DNA from: Macrostomum lignano
Lineage: Eukaryota
Assembly: GCA_002269645.1 (NCBI GenBank)
Contig: NIVC01003089.1
Location: 56,202-120,201 of the forward strand
Reading direction: 5' to 3'
Length of the DNA stretch: 64,000 nucleotides
Positions 42,060 to 52,906 of this stretch are shown piece after piece (the first letter of the stretch is position 1; each line of letters starts with the position of its first letter). Position numbers and translations under genes: made by a program. The notes below the pieces were generated by a model. It searched no databases. It saw only the letters and a program-made list of their open reading frames with translations, and had not been told where the DNA came from.

Positions 42060-42423
42060 TTTTTTTATTAAAGGCAGGGGGGTTGTGTGCACCCTGGCGC
42101 ACTTTAAGCGACATAGGCACACAACCGGCGAGAGGCATTACTGCCCATTCCGCCGACTCCCCTGAGCAGGCATACAAGCGCGCAGATACGTATGCAGGCA
42201 CACACTCACACAGGAGTGTACAGCAGACGTACTTTATTTTATCGTTAGGCATGTATACTTCACTGCGCCTTGGGGGGTTGGCTCTCAAGGCCGTTAATTG
42301 CACGAGCAGAGCCAAGCCGAGATTCCAATTCGGCCCCAAATTAATGTGACCTCACTTGGAATCGAGCCTGGGTCGCTGGCACACCAGAGCCTGCGCTAGA
42401 CCGCTGGGCTACGCCCCCCCCCC
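42060..42423 (-). mobile_element. Full-length tRNA-derived SINE
   Basis: A-box TAGCCCAGCGG (42401-42411), B-box GGCTCGATTCC (42358-42368), AATAAAAAAAA tail, 13-bp TSD CGATGAGAGTAGT (42047-42059 and 42424-42436). Confidence 0.9.
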
Positions 42424-42499
42424 CGATGAGAGTAGTACGTCCCACAAACTTGCTTTCGAAGCAGGGATCGGCAGACTTTTACTTCAAAAGCCAGATTAA

Positions 42500-43620
42500 G
42501 AATCCAGCTTATGTGCGGACCAGATGAGAGTGGAAAAGAAAAGGAATAGACTATTAGAAGAGAGGAGAGGCGAGAGGGGGATAAGAGAAAACATGGAAGA
42601 TAAGAAGGTAAGAAGATAAGAAGATAAGTGGTGAGCAGAGAGCAGAGAAGAAGGGAGGAAGAAGCGAGAGGAGGGGAGAAAGGAGGGAGAGGAAAGAGTA
42701 AAGGTGAGAAGAGGGGAGAGATGAGACAGAGGATCGATGAGAGGAGAGTAGAGAAGAGTGAGAAGAGAGTAGAGATGAGAGAGCAGAAAGAAGATGACAG
42801 AGGGTCAAGAGGAGAGGAGAGAGTAGAAAGGATAGAGAAGAGAGGAGATAAGAGGGGGAGAGAGGAGTGAGAAGAGAAGAGATAGAGATCTGAGAGGGGT
42901 GTAAGAAGAGGGGAGAAAGGAGAGATGAGATTGTAGAGATGAGACAAATGAAAGGAGAGATGAGAGAGTAAAGATGAGAGATGAAAAAGGTGAGAGGAGA
43001 GTGCAGAGAGACGAGAGAAGATAATAGAGGAGAGAGAGTATAGAAGAGGGAAGAGAAAAGAAAAGAGGAGTAAGGAAAGAGAAAGAGGAAAGAGGTGAGA
43101 GAAGAGACGAGAGAAGAGGGGAGAGAAGAGAGAGAGAGGAAAGAGTAGAGAGGAGAGAGGAGAGAGTTAAGAGAAGAGAAAAAAGAATAGAGAGGAGAAG
43201 GAAGAGACGAGAGAAGAGGGGGAGAGAGGAGAGAGAGGAGAAGAGAGAAAACGAAAAAGTAGAGAGGAGAGAGGAGAGGAGAGAGAAAAGAAAAGGGAAG
43301 AGATAAGATAAGAGATATGAAAGAGAAGAGAGATGAGGGAAGATACGAAAGAAGATAGGAGAGAGGAGAGGAGAGAGAAAACGAAAGAGTAGAGAGGAGA
43401 GAGGAGAGGAGAGAGAAAACGAAAAGTAGAGAGGAGACAGGAGAGAGGAGAGAAGAGAGAAAACGAAAAGTAGAGAGGAGAGAGAGAGGAAAGAGTAGGG
43501 AGAAGAGACAAGAGATAAGAGAGATGAGGGAAGATATGAGAGAAGAGAGGAGAGAGGAGAGAAGAGAGAGGAGAGACGAGGGACGAGAGAGAAGAGAGGA
43601 AACAGAAGAGACAATAGAAA
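42500..43620. repeat. GA-rich low-complexity tract
   Basis: Near-pure purine strand; source of the spurious Leu/Ser ORFs. Confidence 0.9.
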
Positions 43621-45327
43621 TTTTAAAGGATCCAAGGGACATAGGGAGAGTCAGGGAGAGGCCAGAGTTTGCCAATACATGTTTTAGAGTCAGACAGACA
43701 TTGCCTGACATTCTGTGCAGTACCCCAGCCAACAATATCAATGTTTGCCTCAAATCCTAATTTTGCACGAATGTGTCCATTTTATGTCTACCTCTATCCT
43801 ACTAACTATTAACAAGTTTTTGTTTTTGTATGACCTTAGATTTCAGAATACATGCAAAAGTATAGTTCCAGGGGATCGAAATTCCCCGGGTTCAAAATCT
43901 GCGGGTTTTAACAGCTTGTCAAAATATAAATTTGAATAGGGCAGGCCTATTATATTGCAACCTATATTGTTCTTTCATATTATTTTCAACTTTGAATTGG
44001 TGCCACAATAAGTGTGCCACATGCATTTATTTTGTTTGCCACTTTTTTATCTGCTTGCAGACAAAATGACTTAAAAGAAAGAACATAATTAGCTACAAAA
44101 CTTAATAAAGTTAATTTTCCATAATGAGATATTTTGAGTCATGCAAAGTCTTATAATAAGATGATATTTTTTGTATTTGTAATTTTATTTAATGCAATAT
44201 TTCAAAGAAACATGATATAAAATTTAAACATCTAAAGCAGTAGTTAATTTTTAAAATATCTTTATAATTATTTCTTATAAAAAACATATTCCTTGTTTTT
44301 CTTTAGTAGTTTGTACTTTAATATTTGCCTTTGCTCCATGCTTATAACTGCCTTTTTATGCACATTTTTATAAGTATTGTCCTTAGAAATATTAAATACT
44401 TCTTTTTTGAAAATTATCAATCCAAATAATACTCATTAATGCTTATATAGAAGCTTATCTATGGTAAAACTTTATTAAAATTAGTCTACTATCTATAACT
44501 TTTTTATATATATACAAACAAAAATATATCATTAAAGACCAACCTGGTCTTTAAGATGACTTAAAAACCAGCCATAAAGACAGTCTCTGACTGTTTTTAC
44601 CCTGGCTGCCTCTCTGGTAGCTTGTCTTAGGGTTGTGCACAATCCTATTGGCCTGGCTTTGGCTAGCCCAATTTTCTAAGGGTCTGCCCCATAGGGGCTG
44701 TGCCCATTCTAAAAATAACCCTATTTTTTACTCCAATTATTTTGGCCCTTAGCCTTGGTTTAGGGGGTGTACCTGAAGTGAGTATGTAGTCTGAACTGCA
44801 ATGTGGCTAGAATAGGACTTGAGCCCCCTGGTTGTACCCACCCTGCAGGAAAGAATGACCATTCATGAAGGTGTATGGTAGAGCCTAGTTGATTCCAGTC
44901 TTGAGGCTGTGTCCCAGGAAGCAAGTCAGTAAGCAGCCTGCTAAGTAGGGTTCAGGTACTCTTCCATCCTGTTTTTATCCCCATTACTTGTATTGGTTTT
45001 ATTAATATAAGGCCTTTGACTGCCGCTCCAATTTTCTGGAGTTATAAGGTATGCCCTCCCTGCCCAGTCCATCTTGCGCTGTCCTTGGTCATCTGCTTTA
45101 TTATGTATTCTGCCTTCTTATTAAATTTTGTACCAAGTATCCTAACCTCTATGCTAGAATTTTTTATTACATATTACTATTAGAATTCCCCATTAGGGCC
45201 TAGTGCACCCAATTTCTTAGGCAACTTTAATCTATTGTGTAGCCTTTCCTTTTTTCATTCCTTGGACTAATTAGACAGTGTTTTGCCACTTAGACACTCA
45301 CACCACTAGGAGTAACTAAAGCATACT

Positions 45328-45865
45328 CCACACTCAGGAAGGTTATATGTAAGCTGGAATTTTCCGGTGTACCATTGAAAAGTTTGGCTATTTTGGCGTA
45401 CCACTTTGAGCTCAAGAAATTTTTGGCGTACCAATTTTGGTGAATAAATTCATGCCATGTATAAAAATTGTAATGTAAATGAACCCTTTTTAGTTTTTAC
45501 ATAAAATAAAGGAAAATTAGTATAGTCTAAAAATAAGTGATAAACTTTCTGCTGTTTTAAAATTAACATTAACAATAAATAAAACTTGTGTAAATTATTG
45601 CTAAGAATATAAATTTTGCATTTTTTTTCTGTAGGTTTAATTTAAGTTTGTTTAAAATGAAAATATTCGTAATTTTTTGATCAAGAATTTTCGTACGAAA
45701 GCCTTTCTTAGAAAACTCTACTCGTCAAAACCGAATGACCTTTCTTAGGAGGAATTTTTGGCATACATTTTAGGGAATTTTTTTGTTTTTGGCGTACACT
45801 GGCGTACATTTAGCTGAGATAGGATTCTTGTTCCGACGTACACTACTACACAATCTAAACCGTGG
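45328..45865. mobile_element. Possible small insertion flanked by the direct repeat AGCATACT
   Basis: AGCATACT(CC) at 45320 and 45866; ends CCAC...GTGG; TTTTGGCGTAC motifs near both ends. Confidence 0.4.
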
Positions 45866-47329
45866 AGCATACTCCTTTGGTAGCATAAATTGAATATTTA
45901 TCCCCAATTCTAGCATATCCCTGCCTATACTAGGCCTATACTAAAAGTTGGTGTGCATCATTGCATGACTTCTAAGAAAATAATATGCATGTACACCTCA
46001 CAGAATCACACTTCATAGAATCATGTAGAAAAGTTAGTAGGCCTATTAAAAGTATTACTATTAAGTGGAAAAAATTGAAAATTTTATTTTTAAATATAAA
46101 TTTCAAGCTTTCCAATTTTTAAGCTTAAAACAAGGCTTTAAAACAAATGTTTATATATATATACCAATTTTCTGGTATAGATACTAAGATAGTATTAAAC
46201 AAGAAAGATAATCATGCAACCAAAATTATTTGCCAAAAAGGATCTTTTACATAATACAAAAAGGGCATTTACTATTGCAATTTAAACTATTTAAACTATT
46301 TAAGAAGCTATTTAAACTTCAAATGAAATCTGAGAATATTCAAATAAAGTTTTACTTTTAAAAAGCTTACACTGACTAGACTAGGCTGCCTAGACAGGCC
46401 GCGCCCGCAGGCCCCCTAACTGAAGTTTAAAGACAAAGTTTTAAACTTTAAAATAATTCAAGGAAAGATTTGGAGTTGGTAAAATCTGTAAATTAGGAAC
46501 AAAGTTGTATGTATAGGTTATTATCAACTATAAATTAAAAGGTTCTAAACACTAAAAATGACCAATGTGAGCTCATGCGCAGTTCGGTTCACCACCGCGG
46601 TCCCGACTAAGAGCGCGGGCGTCACTTTTGAAAAAAAGAACTTTTTATAAGTTTATAACACAATGTTTATTATCCCAGTTTTATAGCGTAAAGTGTCTAT
46701 ACATAAGTGAAAATAGATATTAAAAAACTATAAATAATCGATGATGAGAAAAAATAAAAAGTACAAATATAAATACGCATAGAAATTATTCGGGTGTAGT
46801 ACAATTAACTGTGACGGTGGACTTAGTGAAAAATGTCCACGTATTTACTATTATTTTTGCTATCATTAGACTACTACGTAAGTGTATCATATTTCGTATG
46901 AATTATGTCTACATTCATTGCATCGGCTTTTATATGTCAGCAAGTGATAAATTTTTAACAAATCGATAATTTTGCTCAGCGCCCATCGCTATCAGCCAAT
47001 CACAATTCGCTGTATCATCTATCGTTTTGATCTATTATATTAACTGATCGTTTTTCGTCGCTACTCAAAAAAAATTAATAAACTTGGCCAACTAAGCAAG
47101 CAAAATATCAGTTTAATTGCAAATATTGGACTAGCTCTAGCTGCGCTACCATACTTGTATTTATCTGTTCTCTGTTTGGTCTTGTTCTGCCAAGGACTGC
47201 TACGCTGCGCCAGATTAAATTCGTCACATAACTATATCTATAGGCCAATATTCCACTATCGCCAAAATTGCTGTAAAATATATTTAGCATAATTTTACTT
47301 CTTATATAGAGACCTTACTCAGGCGCGTC

Positions 47330-47720
47330 GACACCGGGGAGACACGCCCCGGAAAAAGCTTTGGGGGGGGGGCGACAGGCCAAATATATGCTTTAATTAA
47401 CCCCCCTCCTTTGTGACTTGTTGTGTGGTAATCAATAATTTTTCTTCAGGGCGCCAAAATATAGCGCCTTCGACGCGCCAAAATGAGTACCTATAACGGC
47501 GTTAAAAGGAGCGCCTGCGGCACCATGGAGGCTAAAATGAGCTGCCTGCGGCGCTAAAAGGAATGCCTGATGCCCAAAATGAGTGCCTGCGCAAAGCCAA
47601 TTTAAATCAGTGCCAAAATAAGCGCTGACAACACGATTCTCAGAATTATGGACATGTTAAGAATCTATAGTTAAGTGTGCATGACGTACATGTTGAATTC
47701 TTAGCTTTGTCCCCCAAATT
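47330..47720 (-). mobile_element. Diverged copy of the 36413-36890 family
   Basis: Reverse-complement similarity, GGCGCCAAAA units, CAGGCGCGTCGACA end. Confidence 0.55.
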
Positions 47721-48074
47721 CTTGGCGACGTAAAAGACATATGCCTACCAAATATACTCCAAAAATCTTTTTGCCTGCTTGCTTCTTTTCAACTAGACAA
47801 GAGTCACAGAAGCGGAACGCAAACACGTACACAAAGATATTTCGCACAGTCGTCGACTGCCTACATCATGTACGTGTGCGTTTTAACTGCAAACGCAAGA
47901 ACAACGCTTTTCAGACTTTTTTCCCCCAACCACTACAATGATATGGCCGGCCTGCATGACTATAACTACGACATATATATGCTCTTAGGTAGACGACGTC
48001 TGTCTTTTTTGTTACATGTACATGCATAAATGTGCATGGATGAGGGTAAACTACGACGGTGAATTATGGATACC

Positions 48075-49208
48075 AGGGCTTTATAGCACCTGGGCTTTAC
48101 ATGTAGCACCAGGGCTTTAACACCAAGCTGGAGCTTTAGCACTAGGGGCTTTAGAGCGCACCAGGGCTTTAGCACCAGGGGCTTTAGCACTAGGGGCTTC
48201 CGCATCAGGGGCTTTAGCACCAGGGGCTTTAGCATCAGGGGCTTTAGCACCAAGGGCTTTAGCATCAGGGGCTTTAGCACCAAGGGCTTCCGCATCAGGG
48301 GCTTTAGCACCAAGGGCTTCCGCATCAGGGGCTTTAGCACCAAGGGCTTCCGCATCAGGGGCTTTAGCACCAGGGCTTTAGCACCAAGGGGCTTAGCACC
48401 AAGGGCTTCCGCATCAGGGGCTTTAGCACCAAGGGCTTCCGCATCAGGGGCTTTAGCACCAGGGGCTTTAGCATCAGGGGCTTTAGCATCAGGGGCTTTA
48501 GCACCAGGGGCTTTAGCACCAAGGGCTTCCGCATCAGGGGCTTTAGCACCAAGGGCTTCCGCATCAGGGGCTTTAGCACCAAGGGCTTCCCATCAGGGGC
48601 TTTAGCACCAGGGCTTTAGCACCAAGGGCTTCCGCATCAGGGGCTTTAGCACCAAGGGCTTCCGCATCAGGGGCTTTAGCACAGGGCTTTAGCACCAGGG
48701 GCTTTAGCACCAAGGGCTTCCGCATCAGGGGCTTTAGCACCAAGGGCTTCCGCATCAGGGGCTTTAGCACCAGGGGCTTTAGCATCAGGGGCTTTAGCAT
48801 CAGGGGCTTTAGCACCAGGGGCTTTAGCACCAAGGGCTTCCGCATCAGGGGCTTTAGCACCAAGGGCTTCCGCATCAGGGGCTTTAGCATCAGGGGCTTT
48901 AGCACCAGGGGCTTTAGCATCAGGGGCTTTAGCACCAGGGGCTTTAGCACCAAGGGCTTCCGCATCAGGGGCTTTAGCACCAAGGGCTTCCGCATCAGGG
49001 GCTTTAGCACCAGGGGCTTTAGCATCAGGGGCTTTAGCATCAGGGGCTTTAGCACCAGGGGCTTTAGCACCAAGGGCTTCCGCATCAGGGGCTTTAGCAC
49101 CAAGGGCTTCCGCATCAGGGGCTTTAGCACCAAGGGCTTCCCATCAGGGGCTTTAGCACCAGGGCTTTAACACCAAGGGCTTCCGCATCAGGGGCTTTAG
49201 CACCAAGG
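48075..49208. repeat. 15-bp minisatellite with a 120-bp higher-order period
   Basis: Units AGCACCAAGGGCTTC, CGCATCAGGGGCTTT, AGCACCAGGGGCTTT and AGCATCAGGGGCTTT in a recurring order. Confidence 0.93.
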
Positions 49209-49576
49209 GCGCCATGATATAATTTTGCCAGTCAAATTACATGTAGGTAGAGTGCCGAAAGTCCTTCAAGCGTCCTGCAGGCTATCCCCTAAGCTTCAAG
49301 TGCGATTTTAAAGCCACAATTGTCTAAGACCATTCGGAAGAGGTACATGTTGTTTCTAAATAGAAAAAAGGTAACTGAGTAGTAGGGGAAATGTGGACTC
49401 TGCCGCAGGAATTTCCGTGGGAAAACCACGGGCCTGTAGTGTGTAAACATAGCGCCTATGTAAATGCATTGGTGGACTCTGCCGCAGGGAAAGCCATGGA
49501 AATTCCATGGGGCCTTAGTGAGAGAACATAGGCCTATGTTTTTCTATTGCTGTATGTCTGCTGCAGTGGTTTAGTC

Positions 49577-49584
49577 TATATAAG
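49577..49584 (+). promoter_or_regulatory. TATA-like box upstream of the first element ORF
   Basis: TATATAAG about 80 nt before ATG 49661. Confidence 0.45.
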
Positions 49585-49660
49585 GACCAAAAAATCTCTT
49601 TGATTCATGAAAAAACGATTTTTTTTCGACGAGATAGTTTATTCTGTTAGATTTTAAGTC

Positions 49661-50425
49661 ATGGACATCGGCGAAGGATATAAACTCCAAATACAGGAGT
49701 ATGAAGGAGTTATGTTCATTGCTATCAGAAAATTTTACCGACATGGCAGCACTGCGAGTTTGAAACCTGGAGTCCCCGGCTTCAATTTGAACATCCGTCA
49801 GTGGGAGAAGCTCAAGGAGTTGAAGCGATCGCTTGTCAAGGCGGCCTTGGACAAACAGCCAAAGGTTGTCAAACTCGGCTTCGATAAGTTCATCGAAGTG
49901 AAAAACGGCATTATCTGGTTAAAGCGATTGCCGGAGGACTGCTGCGACGAGTTTCTTAAGCGGAACACCGTGCCGCTGACACCGCCGCTGTGGCGAAAGC
50001 TGTGGCAGTACGCGGATTGGATCGACGAGCAGCTATCGGCTCCACGTGAGATTTCCGATGCATACGAGCTGGAGTCGGGATCTTCCTCCGACAGCATCGA
50101 AAATGAAGACGATGCTGGCGAAAACGCGGAAGAGACCAAGCCGGTAGTGAAGGCGGAGGACGATGCTGCTGCTGCTGCTGGCGAGGCTGGCATGCCATCC
50201 AATCTGCAAATCGACACAGCGTTTGCCACTTCAACGCCTCTGCAACTGACCAAGCCTGCAGCTGGAGCGATTCCTCGGCAGGACACTGATCTGCAAGAGG
50301 ACCCAGTCTGGTACCAGTTCCGAGCTCAAACAGCCGCCGCTGAGAACGCCAGGAAACGCAAGCAGCCGCCATTCGCTCTGCGCAGATTGGATGCCATGAA
50401 GCTGCCCAGGCCGTGCTTCGACTGA
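49661..50425 (+). CDS. PC4/Sub1-like ssDNA-binding protein, probably two tandem PC4 domains plus an acidic tail
   Basis: YEGVMFIAIRKFY....KPGVPGFNLNIRQWEKLKE fits the PC4 pattern (IDIREY..KPG.KGISL...QW..L); a second degenerate copy ends VPLTPPLWRKLWQYADWIDEQL. Confidence 0.75.
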   Translation: MDIGEGYKLQIQEYEGVMFIAIRKFYRHGSTASLKPGVPGFNLNIRQWEKLKELKRSLVKAALDKQPKVVKLGFDKFIEVKNGIIWLKRLPEDCCDEFLKRNTVPLTPPLWRKLWQYADWIDEQLSAPREISDAYELESGSSSDSIENEDDAGENAEETKPVVKAEDDAAAAAGEAGMPSNLQIDTAFATSTPLQLTKPAAGAIPRQDTDLQEDPVWYQFRAQTAAAENARKRKQPPFALRRLDAMKLPRPCFD

Positions 50426-50590
50426 TTGCAGACCCTCTGACATTGAGACAAACTCTGTGCTACGAGCTATTTATCCAGACCTGCTTTCCATCTCTTTGTT
50501 TGAAAAAAAATATATGCTTGCTTTCACATGCGCTATGCATTTTCAATGTCTTAAGAAAACCTAAAAAAAAATGTTTCTTTGTTTCCGAAA

Positions 50591-51658
50591 ATGGAAAAAA
50601 TTTATTTCAACCCAAATCAGCCTGCGAGCTATTGCAGTTCTTCAAAACTGCAACCTGAACTGCGAAAAAGAGGCGAGCATATTGGAGTCAAGAGCATTGA
50701 GCAGTGGCTAAGTCAGCAGCCAGTACACACTCTGCATAAGCCAGCTAGAGTACGATTTCCAAGGGCGCCAATAATAGTGAGAGCCATTGATGATCAGTGG
50801 GAGATGGATCTGGTGGAAATGATTCCATTTGCAAAGTATAATCGCGGGCATAAATACATTCTCACCTGCATTGATGTTTTGTCTAAATTTGCAATGGCCA
50901 GAGCACTGAAGTCTAAGAGCGCGGCAGAAGTGAAATCTGCGTTTGAGAGCATGCTGAAGAGCTCAAAGCGGCAGCCGCGCACTGTCCGCACAGATCAGGG
51001 AAAGGAGTTTGTCAACGCAATTTTTCGCCAGTTCTGCATAGACCGGGGGATTCTGGCGTTTCCAACTAGCAGTGTGCACAAAGCAGCCATAATTGAAAGA
51101 TGGAATCGAACTTTAAAAAGCAAGATGTGGCGTTACTTTACTCACAACAGCACTCTACAATGGCTTGATGTGCTGCCTAAACTGGTCAAGTCCTATAACA
51201 ATACTTTCCACAGAAGCATCAAGACTACACCAATGAATGTCAGCAAAGCAAACGAGACTGAAGTGTGGATGAACCTTTATGATGGGAAAGCGATTGAGAC
51301 AGTTGAGAAACTGAGAAAACCGAAGTTCTGTGAAAACCAATCAGTGCGGATTTCCAATGCACCCAGACTCTTCAGGAAGGGATACAAGGCGAACTGGAGC
51401 GAAGAGGTGTACACCATAGTGTCTAGGGCACCAAAGCATTATCCCTACATGTACAGGATTCGAGACATGAAGGGGGAAGACATAAGAGGCCTCTTCCACG
51501 AGCATGAGCTGCAAGCTGTTCCGGACTCGCAGCGGCTGTATGTAATCGAGAAGGTTCTGAAGACTGAGAAGCGGAAGGGTAAGATCCGATATCTCGTCAA
51601 GTGGGCCGGCTACAAGTCCACTGACTGGGTGGATGAGAAGGACTTAAGAAAAGTGTAA
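50591..51658 (+). CDS. Polinton retroviral-type (DDE) integrase with C-terminal chromodomain
   Basis: QWEMDL, VRTDQGKEF, IERWNRTLK; YNNTFHRSIKTTP; C-terminal YVIEKVL...YLVKWAGY..DW. ATG at 50591. Confidence 0.96.
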   Translation: MEKIYFNPNQPASYCSSSKLQPELRKRGEHIGVKSIEQWLSQQPVHTLHKPARVRFPRAPIIVRAIDDQWEMDLVEMIPFAKYNRGHKYILTCIDVLSKFAMARALKSKSAAEVKSAFESMLKSSKRQPRTVRTDQGKEFVNAIFRQFCIDRGILAFPTSSVHKAAIIERWNRTLKSKMWRYFTHNSTLQWLDVLPKLVKSYNNTFHRSIKTTPMNVSKANETEVWMNLYDGKAIETVEKLRKPKFCENQSVRISNAPRLFRKGYKANWSEEVYTIVSRAPKHYPYMYRIRDMKGEDIRGLFHEHELQAVPDSQRLYVIEKVLKTEKRKGKIRYLVKWAGYKSTDWVDEKDLRKV

Positions 51659-51688
51659 GATACCGACATTGTGCAGCCATTCCCAACT

Positions 51689-52498
51689 ATGAGAAGCATC
51701 ATCATTTGTAGCGAAAATGCTGAAGGTACTCCTAGTGACTTTCATTTTCACCTGCCTTCATCTATTTACTTGGATCGAAATGTGGACTATGAGGCAGGTC
51801 TGGCTGAAATCCATCTGCCTGCTGCATGGTTCAATGTTGACGAGCCTTACTGCTTCACTGTCTCAGATGGAAGAGAGCATGAGGCCCTGGTTCTTCAACC
51901 CGGACGCTTTGCTAGAGTGGAGGAACTGGTGGAACGCCTGAATGAGCTGCTGGCCAACTCTGAGTCACTGTTCTTCGATGCAATGAGCGAAAGGGAGTCT
52001 GAAATGGAAGCTGATGAGTCCGGTTTAATGGGGCGGAGCAGCGCTAGAGATATTGGCATAAAGTTTGAAATCCAAGAGTTGAGAACAGTAGTGCTCAACA
52101 ACACGGCTCGAGCAGAATTGTTCCTTCCATCAAGTAAAATTCTGCAGTGGCTGGGATTCGGAAACCAGCCTGTGAAGATCCCACCCGGACGGCAAGTGTC
52201 ACTCTGCTGCATCGGTTGTCCGCCCACCAACCTGATCAACTTGCACTGCAGCATTGTGGAGCGAACAAACTGTAACTGGAACTCCGTGCTGCGAACTGTG
52301 AGCATGTCATCCGATGTCGAATGGGGCAGCTACATGAGCAAAGTGTTTAAGAAAGCAATTTTCTTCCCGATTCAGAAAGCTAATTTTCTACATGGCATTA
52401 GATTTCAACTGCGTGACATCTTTGGCTACTCACTGACTGCTCGGAGCAGCAGCCCTGTTCTGCTCACAGTTCATATTCGGGAAAGGCTAATACAATGA
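51689..52498 (+). CDS. Minor capsid protein (penton/PX-like, single jelly-roll)
   Basis: F.F.LP..I.L...YEAGLAEIHLP..WFNV N-terminus and VLRTV...F.PI....I.FQLRDIFG...VLLTVHIR C-terminus typical of Polinton minor capsid proteins; position in the core block. Confidence 0.8.
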   Translation: MRSIIICSENAEGTPSDFHFHLPSSIYLDRNVDYEAGLAEIHLPAAWFNVDEPYCFTVSDGREHEALVLQPGRFARVEELVERLNELLANSESLFFDAMSERESEMEADESGLMGRSSARDIGIKFEIQELRTVVLNNTARAELFLPSSKILQWLGFGNQPVKIPPGRQVSLCCIGCPPTNLINLHCSIVERTNCNWNSVLRTVSMSSDVEWGSYMSKVFKKAIFFPIQKANFLHGIRFQLRDIFGYSLTARSSSPVLLTVHIRERLIQ

Positions 52499-52863
52499 AC
52501 TACCAACAGCTGATTCGTCAGTATTCAGGGACTCTGGCAGGAAGCCAAAAGCCGGCGCTCTATGGCTGTGGGAGTTTTCCAGGAATCATGACTTACCAGC
52601 CTCCTCCAGAAGCTTCCACAAAGTCAATATCGCTATCAAAGCCAGCCCATACCACCGCCAGCGGTAGCAGCAGCAACAGCAGAAGCAATAGAAACAGACC
52701 AAAGCAGCGACTAGTCAAACAGGGCAGTAAGAAGCAGACAAAAAAGAAGAAAAAGAGTAAGACGGAGAATCACCGAAAAGAAGCCAGTCAGGGCGAAATA
52801 AACCTAAGAAAGGGAGGTCTAAAACTCAAAGCAAGAAAACAGGCAAAGGAAAGCAAAAAGTGA
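52495..52863 (+). CDS. Small basic protein, putative genome-condensing core (pVII-like) protein
   Basis: K/R-rich C-terminal half, LYGCG motif, lies between the minor and major capsid genes, ATGA overlap with the penton stop. Confidence 0.55.
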   Translation: MNYQQLIRQYSGTLAGSQKPALYGCGSFPGIMTYQPPPEASTKSISLSKPAHTTASGSSSNSRSNRNRPKQRLVKQGSKKQTKKKKKSKTENHRKEASQGEINLRKGGLKLKARKQAKESKK

Positions 52864-52906
52864 GCAAAAAGACTGTGAAACGTGTTCTGGACTCGCTCTC
52901 ATAGCA

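Noticed and set aside
44830-45120. Possible degraded LINE reverse-transcriptase tail on the minus strand
   Set aside because: Only vague W-x-G-like residues with stops; cannot be supported without a search.
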